Part shown: piece by piece, positions 1-12,485 of the stretch
How positions within the stretch are numbered: the stretch's first letter is position 1
Layout of the letters: each line of letters starts with the position of its first letter
Origin: Octopus sinensis
Taxonomy: Eukaryota
Assembly (NCBI RefSeq): GCF_006345805.1
Contig: NC_043005.1
Span: forward strand, 29,140,001-29,204,000
DNA: 64,000 nt
Reading direction: 5' to 3'
Made by a program: the position numbers and the translations under genes
Notes under the pieces: generated by a model
Database searches by the model: none
Told to the model about the DNA's origin: nothing
What the model saw: the letters and a program-made list of their open reading frames with translations, nothing else

Positions 1-471
1 TTTCTCCATTTTCTTATTTGTAATATATATATATATATATATATATCAATCACTTGATGGTTGCATGTGGCAGTGTTCCCTATATGTATTCAAATGGCTT
101 TCTAACCATAAGCAAGAACATTTTTGCCTACCCATATCTATGATCATATTTCTCTAAATAAATATAACAATTCCTCTCCAGGCTCCATACCCTCAGAGAG
201 AGACGACATTGACAATCTCATATTTCAGTTCTTACGCCAGACGTTTCTTGGAAGCCGGATGGTCTAGTTCGTCTCCAGTAGTATCAAGATGTCTTGAGGA
301 GACTTAATGACTCCCAGAACTTCGAGGGGATAGGAGCCGGGAAAAGGGGAAAATAAATTAACGAAGTGTAAGGAGTAAGTAAATAATAATTCGATTTTGG
401 AATTGGATCTCGAAGAACGTATTAAGCCATAAATAATAGGACGTCAATAATAATTAAAAAAATATTTCTAA

Positions 472-592
472 ATTTGCTACAAAGCAAGCAATTTAGAGAG
501 AGGGGGCAAGTCGATTATATTAACCCCAGTACTTGACCCCGAAAGGATGAAAGGCAAATCAACCTGGGCCGAATTTGAACTCGGAACGTAAA
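472..592 (-). mobile_element. SINE family A fragment (tRNA-derived, Nin-domain-like body)
   Basis: Reverse complement of the family body ttacgttccgagttcaaattcggcccaggttgatttgcctttcatcctttcggggtc, which recurs about ten times in the window. Confidence 0.75.
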
Positions 593-1109
593 GAACCGCA
601 AGTACATTTACCTCGAAGGCTCTGATGATTAAGCTGTAGAAGATGTATGTAAACAACAACCTCTTGTACAAAACGGAAAGGACAATATAGAAATGACATA
701 CCGCTTTACCCAATTTGCAAATAAATCATAATTTTACGTGACTACTAAGATTCATAATTAAACTGAGTTAATTCCCGTTTTATCGTGTATTTATTTTATA
801 GACGTAAAACAGTAGATCTTAGAATTCTTTCAGACATTAGGTGATTTCACCCGCATAGAGTATTATGAGCAAACGAAGACGCGTTGAGAGTACTCCGATA
901 AAAATGGTAAACTAACTTAATTACCATTTTACTATATATTTAACAAACAATAAAATAACATCATGCTTTAGAATCTGGAGGTGGGGAATCCAGCATGCCA
1001 TTTCTACACGTATGGTGGTTCCTTCCGTTCTCGACAAGAAGATATCGTTGTTTACGTATTCATTCGAAAATTTTACATCATTATAATCATCATCCTAATA
1101 ATAACAATA

Positions 1110-1443
1110 ATCGGCATTTTTCTCTCTCTGAAGCATGGAATAAACTACCCAGGGCGGTTGTCCGCAGTCAGGACACCAACAATTTCTTCAACAATTCCAT
1201 GCTTCCTGCAATTCGCCAAAACTATTCCAGAAGTGTCTATGCACCCTTTCCTCTTAATGGTTCTTTTCAATTTTCTGTCTTTTTGTGTTTTATCCTGTAT
1301 TATCTTTTCATGCTTTTGATTATCATTGCTTTTTTTTTTCCTTCTTATTGTTGCTTTCAATCTTCTCTTTGAACCCTTTTCCGAGGAGTTACAATGCTCC
1401 TGTGCAATGTTTACACTAAGCTCAATAAATATGTTATAATAAT
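1110..1443 (+). mobile_element. CR1/L2-type LINE 3' end fragment
   Basis: Translation RHFSLSEAWNKLPRAVVRSQD resembles the CR1 RT C-terminal WNxLP..VV motif (compare 47280 gcgtggaataaactgcct). It is followed by a T-rich UTR, AATAAA and an aat tail. Confidence 0.55.
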
Positions 1444-3769
1444 GTATTTGGAGTCTTGTTAATAATAATTGAGCTTTTAAATACCATTGATGTATTTTTC
1501 ACGATGCTTATACATCCACTCAGCATATATAAAAATTAAAGGTCCAGGAGCAACCATCACCAGGCAACGAGCACTCATGTAGACGGGGAAAAAAGGTTTT
1601 CTTTTCATTAAATATAAATAAACCAAATATAAAAAAAGTCTCCGATTTTGTGACCATGTTCAGTGTAGTCTTAGCGGTTCTACAAATTTAAAGTGAAATT
1701 TATCTTTTTACACAAATAGTGCTTTTTTTTTTAGTTGTTAGGATTTATAAATTTATTGGTCTCTATATTTAAAAGACCAGCCCGAGAAAAATATAGTAGT
1801 TTCTTTTAAGACAATCCGACATAAAACTTAATGCTTCTCTCCCTCTCTCTACAGTTTACGTCTTTCTACATTCATACATGTCTTCTAACCGAATTAAAAG
1901 AAAAATTATGTTTCTGTGATATTAAAGGATTTTAAAGCGTATCATATATTAAAAGTTAGTCGAAGTTACAAATGAAGCTGTTAAATATAATTATAGTTTG
2001 CCTGTAGACCGTCTGGTCTATTACTTACCGTGAAGTAAGTGCTGTAAAGACCAGCCGTCTGTGATAGAAACAGATGATGTTGAGTAGTCGACATTCTGTA
2101 AAAATACGCCGATCATATGACACAGAAGGAAAGAGAAAGAGATATTTAGCTGCTGCTGAAGGAGAAGTCAGAGAGAGAAGACGGCGGGGAAAGACTTAGC
2201 CATACTGACACACAGAGGCGTGGACTGGATATTAGCAGGTGTCTCTCCTGTTCACGTTGTCGATTTTATTGTAGGCTCTAAATTTTATTAATACATATAG
2301 TAAAACTATCTGAATATGTCGAAGTAATATATCGAGGCTACCATTGACGTCTATCCGTATGTATTAAATATAGATAGGATGATATTGTGAAGTGGTTTTT
2401 CAATTGCTTTTTGCATATCCATGAGAGGAAATTCATCATTGTTCATTAAACTCTCTTTTTATACATTTCCTCTGTCTCTTATAGAAAGGAACTGCATCTT
2501 ATCACGGTACCTATCTGTCTTAAGGAGTGTGTTATTGCACGTTTCTCAACTGACATTCACTCGGCAACGACGACTATAATATAGAGAGATAAAACTATCC
2601 TGTGTTACATAAGTCTGTTTCTAAGGTTCCATGGTTGTTATTTGTTTCGTTTACCTCGTTTATGTCCGATAATAAAATAGGAACATGATGCAATAGTATT
2701 ATAGGCCTTTCTGCATTATGTATGTCTTAAGCCATGCTTAACGATGTTGATGTTCTTGAACCATGCCGACCAACGGGCACCTTAAATGATTGACACTGCA
2801 TCGATGTATCTAACATACATTTATAATGTATATATAATAGCACATATAGAATTGTTACACTGATGAGAATTTAAACGAAGATACATCTTAACGTTAAACG
2901 TAGAAAACCTTAGATGAACCGAAAAAAACTTACGTCCTTGAAATAATTGAATAATATATTTCTGTTACTATATTTATATCGCAATTGGTGAACAATAACG
3001 TCGTTAAAACAAACCTCTTTGTTAGCAAATTAATAATTGTTGAAAATCACTTAAAATATTTAATATATTTGTTATAAAATCAGTCTTTTTATCGAGAATT
3101 GGTTAATCCTAACTTTATAAAACTTTAGATTTTCACAATTGTAATTTTGTGAAAAATTACGTTCTTTATCTGAAAAGCAAGAAGTATTAAACATGTTTAT
3201 GAAAATTTAAACAATTACCTAAGTCTTAATAACTTTATTATAGGGTTTGGACAGACTCCGGACAAAAATACAAAACAATCACAGAAAGTTAGATGGAAGA
3301 AAAAAATTAATTCGTAGTATTTCAACAGTTTATCACATTATTTTCGCTGTTTTTTTTTTATTATTGAAAGCCTACCTAAGTTGGAGAAAATTGGCAAATA
3401 TTTAAATTATTTTAAAAACTATATAATTAAAATAACTAGTTTAGCAAAGAATGGCAAGATACCATGAACTTTGGATATTTTCTCATTCCTGTGTCATTTA
3501 AGCTATATTTAAGTTTCAAAATACAGATAATAGAAAATATTCAGTTTTTTTTTTTTTTTTTTTTTAAATTTCCTCTCCAGCTATTATTTAGCTCCAGATG
3601 AGACCTGGTCGAGCAAACTTTTGATTAAAGTAATTCCAGTCAAATCGTCTTTTTATATATTAGGAACTACCGTATCCAACGTGACCTTTTTTAAGACGAT
3701 GCTTTTGTTTGAGATTTTCCAGTTATTTCCAGCAAACCTAGTCATTGGTCAGTTCACGATTGTGAACAG

Positions 3770-4380
3770 ATGCTGACAAGGAAGCTCCTCGTGAACTGAT
3801 CAATGACTAGGCTGAATGATGCGTGAACATTTACAAGCAACTGCTGGTAAATCCTTGTTGAATTCTAACTTGGAATGCAAAATGAATTATTTTTGTAATC
3901 CTAATAAATCAGTGGCTTTTTTCCAGTCAGGCTTCAGAACCTGTTGTCAAAGAAGGGCAGTTTAAACTGAAGGTCATATTGTGTGTTTGGGGGAATTTTG
4001 AGTGGGTGCTGCTCTTTGAGCTTGTCCCAGATGCTCATGCTGTAAATGTTAATCTTTATACTCAACAGCTGCAGCAACTGTATAACACTGAAGTCCTGTT
4101 ACTAGGCATTGGTCAACGGAAAATGTGCACTCTACAGCAAGACAATGCCCCAGCACAGCCTGTTAATGTGACTAAGCACAAACTTAAAGGGCTGGAAGTG
4201 CTGCCTGAGCCTGTCTACACTCCAAATCTTACATCATCAGATTACAACCTTTACTGAGCCATTGCTCATTTCCTGCCTGGACGGAGGTTCAACAATGTGG
4301 ATGAGTTTGAAAACGGGTGCAGGGAGTCTTTTGCCTCCAAACCAGCCAAATAGTAAAAGCATTGAAATGAGCTTCTGGCA
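3770..4380 (+). mobile_element. Degenerate mariner transposase remnant
   Basis: ORF 3979-4257: CVWGNF..VLLFELV, LQQDNAPAQ (HDNAPAH-like) and PEPVYTPNLTSSDYNLY (PHPPYSPDLAPSDYHLF-like). Confidence 0.85.
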
Positions 4381-4449
4381 CTTTTTGTTTGCAATTTGTT
4401 TGAGCTCTTAGTTAAAGCTAGAAATTCTAAAACAAATTTTGACTCCAGC

Positions 4450-4990
4450 TGGTATTTACAGCTAGGTAGACTGTTGACTATTAAATGTTTTGGTGGTGGA
4501 CTTAGAACAATGATCTATACCACATTGTGGTCTCTACATAAAGCTAGAAAACTGAGCAGTCAACATTAATGTATATTGGTCATAGTGCAGTTCCACAATA
4601 CTTAACTGTCAACAGCCCAGTTCATCTATCAGTAAATAGTGACCACAATGTGGTATAGTTCACTGTAGTGTGTCCATGACCAACACTTATAGCTAAGTAG
4701 AGTTTACTGTTGACAGTTAAGTATCTTGCTCATGGAAGCAGGGTCTGAACTCTTGTCTTGGGTATGAACATGCAGTGAGCTATAACACATTGCAGTATCT
4801 ACTTAGAGGTAGATGAACTGGGCTGTTGATAATTAAATGTTTTGTTCATGGATTCAGTACATTGATTTGTATTATATTGTGGCACCTTACTTACAGCTTA
4901 GTAAGCTGTTGGCAGTTGTATGTCTTTGTCCTGGACACAGTACAGTGAATTATACCCTGGAGTGGTACCTACTTACTGATAGCTAAGAGT
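4450..4990. repeat. Degenerate ~85-90 bp tandem repeat with one inverted unit
   Basis: Recurring tgttgacagttaagtat...catggacacagtacagtgaactataccacattgtggtacctacttacagctag. Segment 4597-4690 is its reverse complement. A related dimer lies at 48625-48830. Confidence 0.7.
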
Positions 4991-5859
4991 CTCCATCATG
5001 GACAAAGACAACCGCCAGCAAAGAAATACAATCCACTGACTTTTTGATTCTCTGATCTTCTTATAAACTGAACCAACCGATAATCTTTATCGTCATCATC
5101 ATCATCATCTAATGTCCACTTGCCATGCTGGTATGGGTTGACAGGTACTGGCAAGGCTGGAGAGCTGTACCAGGCTACTGTGTGTGTTTTGGCATGGCTT
5201 TTACAGCTGGATGCCCTTCCTAACACCAACCACCCCATAGAGTGGTCTGGGTGTTTTTTTTAACTGGCATCAGCACAGGCATAGATATCTAGAGTTTGAT
5301 ATCTGATATTTTTATCCTACACTTAGATACTTACACGTCTGATATCTACATTCTGCTGTTAGACCCCTAACACATTCTGTTGTTAGATACCTGATACCTA
5401 AAGTCTACAATTAGATGCATTCTAAAGTCTCCATTGCTTGAGAACATAAACCAGACCTGTTTACTGTTAAATGAATCCCGTATTAATGTATTGGTAGATA
5501 ATAACAGAAGTTCAAGATTTACAGAAAAGACACTGTTGGTAGAAGTATCTACACTTGATATCCTGTTACCAGTTATAGTAACGAAGACAACAATTTACTA
5601 TTAGCCCAGTCTACTTATCTGTAAAGAGGCACCAGATTAAAGTGTTTCTCACTGTTATAAGCAGTGTGAGTTGTGTGTAATTTAAGAATATTTTCTTAGA
5701 TTGCAGTGCTTAGCTTAAAGCATCCTAAGAGTATATGGACATCTAATTTGGTGAGGGTTGCTACAGAGAATATAAACCATATGAATATACAAACTAAATA
5801 GTACATTTAGTATATTTTAAATCTAGCAAATGATGTTATGTAGCATAAATTACATAACA

Positions 5860-6420
5860 TCATCATCATCATTTAACGTCTGCTTTCCATGCCGGCATGG
5901 GTTGAATGGTTTCACTGAGGTCTGGAGAGCCAGAAAGCTGCACCAGGCTCCAATTTGATCTGGCATAGCTTCTACAGCTGGATGCCTTCCCTAATGCCAA
6001 CCACTCTGAGAGTGTAGTGGGTGCTTTTACATGTCACTGGCGTGAGGGCCAGTCAGGCGGTACTGGCAACGACCACCCTCAAATGGTGTTTTTTACGTGC
6101 CACTTGCACAGGAGCCTGTCTGGCGGCACTGGTAACAACCACTCTTGAATGTTGTTTTTCACATGCCACCAGCACAGGTGCCAGTAAGGGGACGCTGGCA
6201 ACGATCATGCTCAAATGGTGCTTTTTATGTGCCACCGGCACGGGAGCCAGTCAGCAGCCCTGGCAACGATCATGCTCAGATGGTGCTTTTAACGTTCCAC
6301 TGGCATGGGTGCCAATCAGGTGGTACTGTCATCGACCACGTCAGCGATTTTGATTTCACTTGCCTCACCAGGTCTTCACAAGCAAAGTTTATTATCCAAG
6401 GAATGAAGGATACTCATAAG
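5860..6420 (-). mobile_element. 5'-truncated RTE LINE copy (3' UTR with five ~65-bp internal repeats and (GAT)n tail)
   Basis: Same sequence as the 3' UTR that follows the RT ORF at 44330-44912. The (cat)n run at 5860 is the tail. Confidence 0.8.
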
Positions 6421-6432
6421 GACAGATCTTGA

Positions 6433-6663
6433 AGGGTGGCAAGCTGGAAGAATCGTTAGCATGCTGGGTGAAATGCTTAGCAGTATTTTGTCTGCTGTTA
6501 TGTTCTGAGTTCAAATTCCACTGAGGTCGACTTTGCCTTTCATCCTTTCGGGGTCGATTAGATAAGCACCAGTTACGCATTGAGGTCAATGGAATCAACT
6601 TAATCCCTTTGTTTGTGCCTCTATGTTTAGCCCCTCCCCGCCACCATGGGCAATAAAGAAATA
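6433..6663 (+). mobile_element. SINE family A, tail type B (ends aataaagaaata)
   Basis: Head ggtggcaagctggaagaatcgttagcatgctgg, B-box-like gagttcaaattcc, then body gactttgcctttcatcctttcggggtcgat. Confidence 0.8.
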
Positions 6664-7265
6664 AATGTATATGACAGGTCTTATCAAATTTCTTTCAACC
6701 ACTTGAAATATTTTATATATTCAACAGATTATCTTCAAAAAATGTAGTTTTACATGATGAAGGCAAAAATTTCTTCTAGAAATTAATAATAATATCAATG
6801 TAGAAAATTTGAAAAAAAACTGGTGAAAATTTGAAATATTTCATTTTAGAAAATTACTATTTTTAAGTTTCACAATGAGAGGTATTCAGCAACAGTACTT
6901 TGTAGCAAAGATTATTTGCCAACATAACATGACAGTCCTTGTTTAGGACAAATGTTGCTGTAATTTAGCCCCAGGAGACATCATCTCCAGCTGGCTATAT
7001 AACACGATCTGCTATGTTATGTTGGCAAAATTCTATATTTCAAGTAGTGGGAAGAAATTTAACCCTATATGACTAAAATACAGCAGATGTGGCTGCTGTT
7101 TCAAGCAGTGAGAGACTTTCAATGGAATACTCACCACTTCCATATTTGGGATGGTGTTGTACATACAAACACCCTAGACTACAAAAGGTCATCTACCTCA
7201 TTATAAAAACTCACACTCAACACACTACAACCTCTCATTCCCCGACCACACATAATGGTTCCTCT

Positions 7266-7298
<33 letters not shown>

Positions 7299-7673
7299 GA
7301 TGACGACGACTACTACTACCACCACCACCACCACCACCACCACCACTACTACTACTACTACTATTGTGATAATTTGCTGTCCAGGATTAGCTAGGTGTTA
7401 ACCACCACTGCAGCAGTGGTGTGTACATAATAGTAGTATGTACATGTATGTGTGATAGTGGTGGTAGTGGTAGCGAGGATGTTGTGAAGTGGTTGTTGGT
7501 GTTACATAACTTAATTCAGCTCTGATCAAGCAGATAACATCAAAGGTGTTCCAACTGTGACTAACCTGAGAAAAAGTCTTCTGCTATAATTCTGAGTGGA
7601 TTTGGTAGATGGAAACTGAAAGAAGCCTGTTATATCATCATCATCATCGTTTAGCGTCCGTTTTCCATGCTAG

Positions 7674-8067
7674 CATACACTTGTGGACACATTTATATAT
7701 CCTTCTAATGACAACCTTTTATCTTTAGAAAGGTAGGCCATCTTACAATAATTCCACTTGTCATTACGTTACTTAGCCTGTTGGTAACACTTTCACGTGA
7801 TTAGAGGAAAAGAGGGAGAGAGAAGCGTCCATGATGTGATTTAGAGAGAATGTAATTGTATATATATATATGATTTAAATATACAGAAAACCAAAGACAG
7901 GTGAAGTAACAACAAGCAGGTGTATTAGTTTGATGTTTGGGAAGAATGGAAAATCCTTGACGCTTTGAGCCTATGCTCTTTGACAGAGAAGGACGAAAGA
8001 GAAAAATGGAGAGAGAGAGAGAGTAAAACCAGAGAGAGGAAAAATCTGTTGGGATAATACATGTGTG

Positions 8068-8107
<40 letters not shown>

Positions 8108-9080
8108 ATGTGTGTGTGTGTGCATACTCTTGTCTAGACATCACATGATGGTTGTAAACGAGCATCATTGTCATACAAGCAATGTGATTTATTTCCAATC
8201 TTCCATGATAAACATGTCTGGTCATGGGGCGGGGGAATATTACCTTATTTGGAAACAGGTGAAGGTTGGTGACAGGAAGAGCATCAAGCTGTAGAAAATC
8301 TCACTCATCAAATCTCGTATGACCTTTGTAAGAATGGAAAAGGGAACATTTAAATGTCGTTAATGATGATGATGTATGCATGTATGTATGTGTGTGTGTG
8401 TATGTATGTGTGTATGTGCGTGCGTGTATGTGTGTGCGTGTGATGCCATCAGCAATGAGGAGATCAAACTTGAGATGTTTCTAAGAAAGAAATGGGTGTA
8501 GGAAATGGTCTTCATGAGTTGACTGCCATCATGAATTCCTGCATGTATGTATGTATATGTGTGTGTGTGTATGTATGTATCTAGCATGTGTATGCTCACA
8601 TGTGTGTATGCCTGTGCATGTGCGCTAACACACACACACACATTCACATACACACACATACACTTGTGGACACATTTATATATGCATGCTTGAGTTGGAA
8701 ATAGCAGCAAAATCTTCTTCTAATGACAACCTTTTATCTTTAGAAAGGTAGGCCATCTTATAATAATTCCATTTGTCATTACGTTACTTAGCCTGTCGGT
8801 AACACTGTCACGTGATTAGAGGAAAAGAGGGAGAGAGAGAAGCGTCCATGATGTGATTTAGAGAGAATGTAATTGTATATATATATATGATTTAAATATA
8901 CAGAAAACCAAAGACAGGTGAAATAACAACAAGCAGGTGTATTAGTTTGATGTTTGGGAAGAATGGAAAATCCTTGACGCTTTGAGCCTATGCTCTTTGA
9001 CAGAGAAGGACGAAAGAGAAAAATGGAGAGAGAGAGAGAGTAAAACCAGAGGAAAAATCTGTTGGGATAATACATGTGTG

Positions 9081-9116
<36 letters not shown>

Positions 9117-9868
9117 ATGTGTGTGTGTGTGCATACTCTTGTCTAGACATCACATGATGGTTGTAAACGAGCATCATTGTCATACAAGCAATGTGATTTA
9201 TTTCCAATCTTCCATGATAAACATGTCTGGTCATGGGGCGGGGGAATATTACCTTATTTGGAAAAGGTGAAGGTTGGTGACAGGAAGAGCATCAAGCTGT
9301 AGAAAATCTCACTCATCAAATCTCGTATGACCTTGTAAGAATGGAAAAGGGAACATTTAAATGTCGTTAATGATGATGATGTATGCATGTATGTATGTGT
9401 GTGTGTGTGTATGTATGTGTGTATGTGCGTGCGTGTATGTGTGTGCGTGTGATGCCATCAGCAATGAGGAGATCAAACTTGAGATGTTTCTAAGAAAGAA
9501 ATGGGTGTAGGAAATGGTCTTCATGAGTTGACTGCCATCATGAATTCCTGCATGTATGTATGTATATGTGTGTGTGTGTATGTATGTATCTAGCATGTGT
9601 ATGCTCACATGTGTGTATGCCTGTGCATGTGCGCTAACACACACACACACATACACTTGTGGACACATTTATATATGCATGCTTGAGTTGGAAATAGCAG
9701 CAAAATCTTCTTCTAATGACAACCTTTTATCTTTAGAAAGGTAGGCCATCTTATAATAATTCCATTTGTCATTATGTTACTTAGCCTGTCGGTAACACTG
9801 TCACGTGATTAGAGGAAAAGAGGGAGAGAGAAGCGTCCATGATGTGATTTAGAGAGAATGTAATTGTA
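7674..9868. repeat. Near-identical tandem duplication, unit ~983-993 bp, ~2.2 copies
   Basis: catacacttgtggacacatttatatat begins at 7674, 8657 and 9650. The intervening sequence is almost identical, and duplicated ORFs appear in the track (7971-8225 vs 8788-9234). Confidence 0.95.
8125..8373 (+). mobile_element. SINE family C fragment sharing an RTE-like 3' tail
   Basis: gacatcacatgatggttgtaaacgag...ggttggtgacaggaagagcatcaagctgtagaaaa...(gat)n. Other copies at 9135-9380, 23905-24155 and 20120-20360(-). Confidence 0.65.
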
Positions 9869-10132
9869 ACGCTTTCACGTGATTAGTTGAAGGGAAAGAA
9901 AGAACAAGAGAAAGAAAGGAGACAGAAAAAGAGGATAAAGCAAAGAGTGAGACAGAAAGAAAAATAGAGAGACAGAAAAGACAGAGAGACAAAAAGAGGG
10001 CGAGAGAAGCATCCATCACATGTGGTAGGGAGAATATAATTTTTATGTAATTAAAAAAGTTATGCAGGCATGGCATGGATTCGATCCTCGATTGCCAAAT
10101 TTTACTTAACAATTCAACAGCACTTTTCTCTC

Positions 10133-10729
10133 TGTAAAACAATAGCTTTTCTGTGTGACAGCAGTTACATTTACCAGATGATTTGCTAAGCAGAATAATA
10201 TCTTTGCCAATGACCCTTCTAATCTCTTCTAGGCTACCAAAAGTTAGAATAGAGATAACAGACTGCCAACGAAATCTATTGTTCTCAACAATATGTCCAT
10301 CTTTCTAACTAGTTTTGGATAGTTATAAATACTAGAATTTGGCAAGGTGAAATTAGTTTGTGAACAGACAACTAGAGTCATAGTCACAAGCAGGCAGCCA
10401 CTAAAGACAAATGGCCAGAGGGAGAAAGAAGGTTACAACCAGCCAACTATGAGACACAACTTCCCTCGACTCTATAACTTTCACTAACTCACTTTCTTTT
10501 CTCTATAATATTACCATATCTCTATCTATAAACTACTATGAGATTGTGTACAGGATCTTTTCCATCTCAAGCACAGATTTTTTAATCCCCAACCTGTCAT
10601 GATTTTAGAATTATACAAAGTAACGGTAAATAAATATTTCTTTACAACTTTAATCACTGTTCTTCTTCCATCTTGCATACTGTCAACCAACACCTTAACA
10701 ACAACTGTTACAAATTGGTGACCCTCGAC
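10133..10729 (+). mobile_element. Possible LTR remnant with primer-binding site
   Basis: TGTAAAAC at 10133, AATAAA near 10629, GTTACA ending 10712, then TGGTGACCCTCGAC (10716-10729), which resembles the complement of the tRNA-Trp 3' end. No TSD seen. Confidence 0.4.
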
Positions 10730-10874
10730 TTCAACGAGGAACTAACCGTTACAAATATAATTTTAGCAGAGGGGTGATGGTTCTGATGGTGAAATTAAAG
10801 AAAGGCAGAGAGAGGAAGAGAGAGAGGAAAACATCTGAAATTACAACTGCATATTTTCCTTTACATTATTTGGT

Positions 10875-12485
10875 ATGAAACTCTTTGTGCCACCAGGAAG
10901 AAGTCCATATTGTTTCTGTATTCAGGGTCAAAATTACTACAACACTACGAACCTGCATCCTGTCAATGGTCGCCTGCAGTATGGCCAGTTGTATATTATT
11001 GATGCAAATGAAGCTGTGCAACACAGAATGGGAGCACCCCAGAACTCAGAATGCTCCCCACAAACAATGGCTGCCATTAATGATGTTATGCAACAAATCC
11101 TTATGCTGAGTTATTTAGGAACATGCCCTTAATTGAATAACAAGATAATGAACGTGCCAGAAGTGAAAATGTACCATTATGAAAGTGTGAACTACACTTC
11201 AGAAGAGGGGCTGATATAAGGCATTACAATTTTCCTACAAGCAATGAAATAGCTGCAGTGTTTGTTGGTGAAAACAGTAGCGGCTCGTGTATAGGCACTG
11301 CGGAACTGCAGCACTCTCTATTTCTATTTGATATTATCGATAACATTCAATATAATGAGTTCTTTTTTCTTTAATTCTTTCTTTATACTTGTACATTATA
11401 TAATCCTTAAGCTTAATGTCAATAGCCATCCCATAGTTTATGAAAAAAAATACAAAAATCCTTGTATAGAACTGTGCACTTCATAGTTCCAGTGCCGCGG
11501 TGTTTGGCTGTTGTGCGCATGCTCACATGTCTGAGATAGGAAGCTGCATGCTAGGGAGAGATTGTACTGTGGTGCATGCAGTGCCGACCCTGGTGTGCCG
11601 GGTGAAAGGTAGTGTTTATTTTTGACTTTGCGTGTGTTGGGCTTAAAAACATGTTTATATTCTTGAATGTAATAAAGTGTAGAATTAGATTATTATCCTG
11701 CTTCCAGCTACAGTGTTGCTGCCATGATTTGAAAATTAGGGAGGATTCCCCACCCACCACTTATTTTGTGATTTAGGGGGGATTTTTGAAAAACAAGGGG
11801 GAATTTGCGGCAGTGTTCAGTGAACAAATTAAACACACTACCAGGTAGTGGCTAAAACGTGAACCGATCAAGTTGATGTATGAATTTTCTTTTTATATGT
11901 TTGTTTCCTTTTACACAATATTAAGAAAATGGCTAAAAATTTTGTGAAACTACACCCCAACTAATTTTATCTACGAGCCGCCACTGATTCCAAGAATACA
12001 CTTCCAGAGAGATTCGCATACACATCGTGCCATTTAGATCCAATGGATTATCCACTTCTGTTCCCTCATGGAGAATTCCTATGGCACTATGAGACGCTAC
12101 ATGTGACGGAACACAGAACACACGCTCGCAATCGGCCCACGATGCAATGGTGTGCAACAGATATCGTCTCGTTTTCAGAGGAGGCTTCAGTATCATTCCC
12201 AGAGCTGCGAAGCTATTTCAACAGTACTTAGTGGATGCTTATGTGAAGATTGAGGGAAGCAGATTGCAACGGTCAGGCTCAGTTGCGCTTAGAGCAGTAC
12301 AATGGACTTATGGCCTACCTGCACAGTGGAATGTTGAGCCAGGAGTGGGGCTATGAGACATTTACAGGCAGTCCCCGGAATATGTATCAGTATTATCAGG
12401 CTGCATGGCGGTTGTCGTAAAGTATGACAAACCTGACTTATTTGTCACATATACATGTAACCCTAAGTGCCATGAAATAGAAAGT
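10875..12485 (+). mobile_element. Helitron Rep/helicase pseudogene (N-terminal and Rep regions), interrupted
   Basis: PPGRSPYCFCIQGQ..YGQLYIID; DIRHYNFPTSNEIAAVFVGEN (11214-11276); HLDPMDYPLLFPHGE; LFQQYLVDAYVKIEGSRL; TFTGSPR..KPDLFVTYTCNP (Rep motif 1). Frameshifted. Confidence 0.9.
11275..11986. mobile_element. hAT-like non-autonomous element nested in the Helitron
   Basis: TIRs CAGTAGCGGCTCGT (11275) and ACGAGCCGCCACTG (ends 11986). It splits the Helitron reading frame. Confidence 0.75.

Noticed and set aside
182-374. Plus-strand exon between tctccAG and GTAAGT
   Set aside because: All three frames contain stops and no peptide is recognisable. It could be terminal or non-coding, but this is unsupported.
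2008-2034. 27-bp plus-strand micro-exon (TVWSITYRE)
   Set aside because: Weak pyrimidine tract. The donor is half of a short palindrome that equally gives a minus-strand donor.
2074-2160. C/D box snoRNA (ATGATG...CTGA)
   Set aside because: Imperfect C box, no terminal stem and no identifiable guide.
6021-6335. Regularly spaced ~65-bp repeats resembling a CRISPR array
   Set aside because: Whole units are homologous with no unique spacers, there are no cas genes, and they lie in a eukaryotic LINE 3' UTR.
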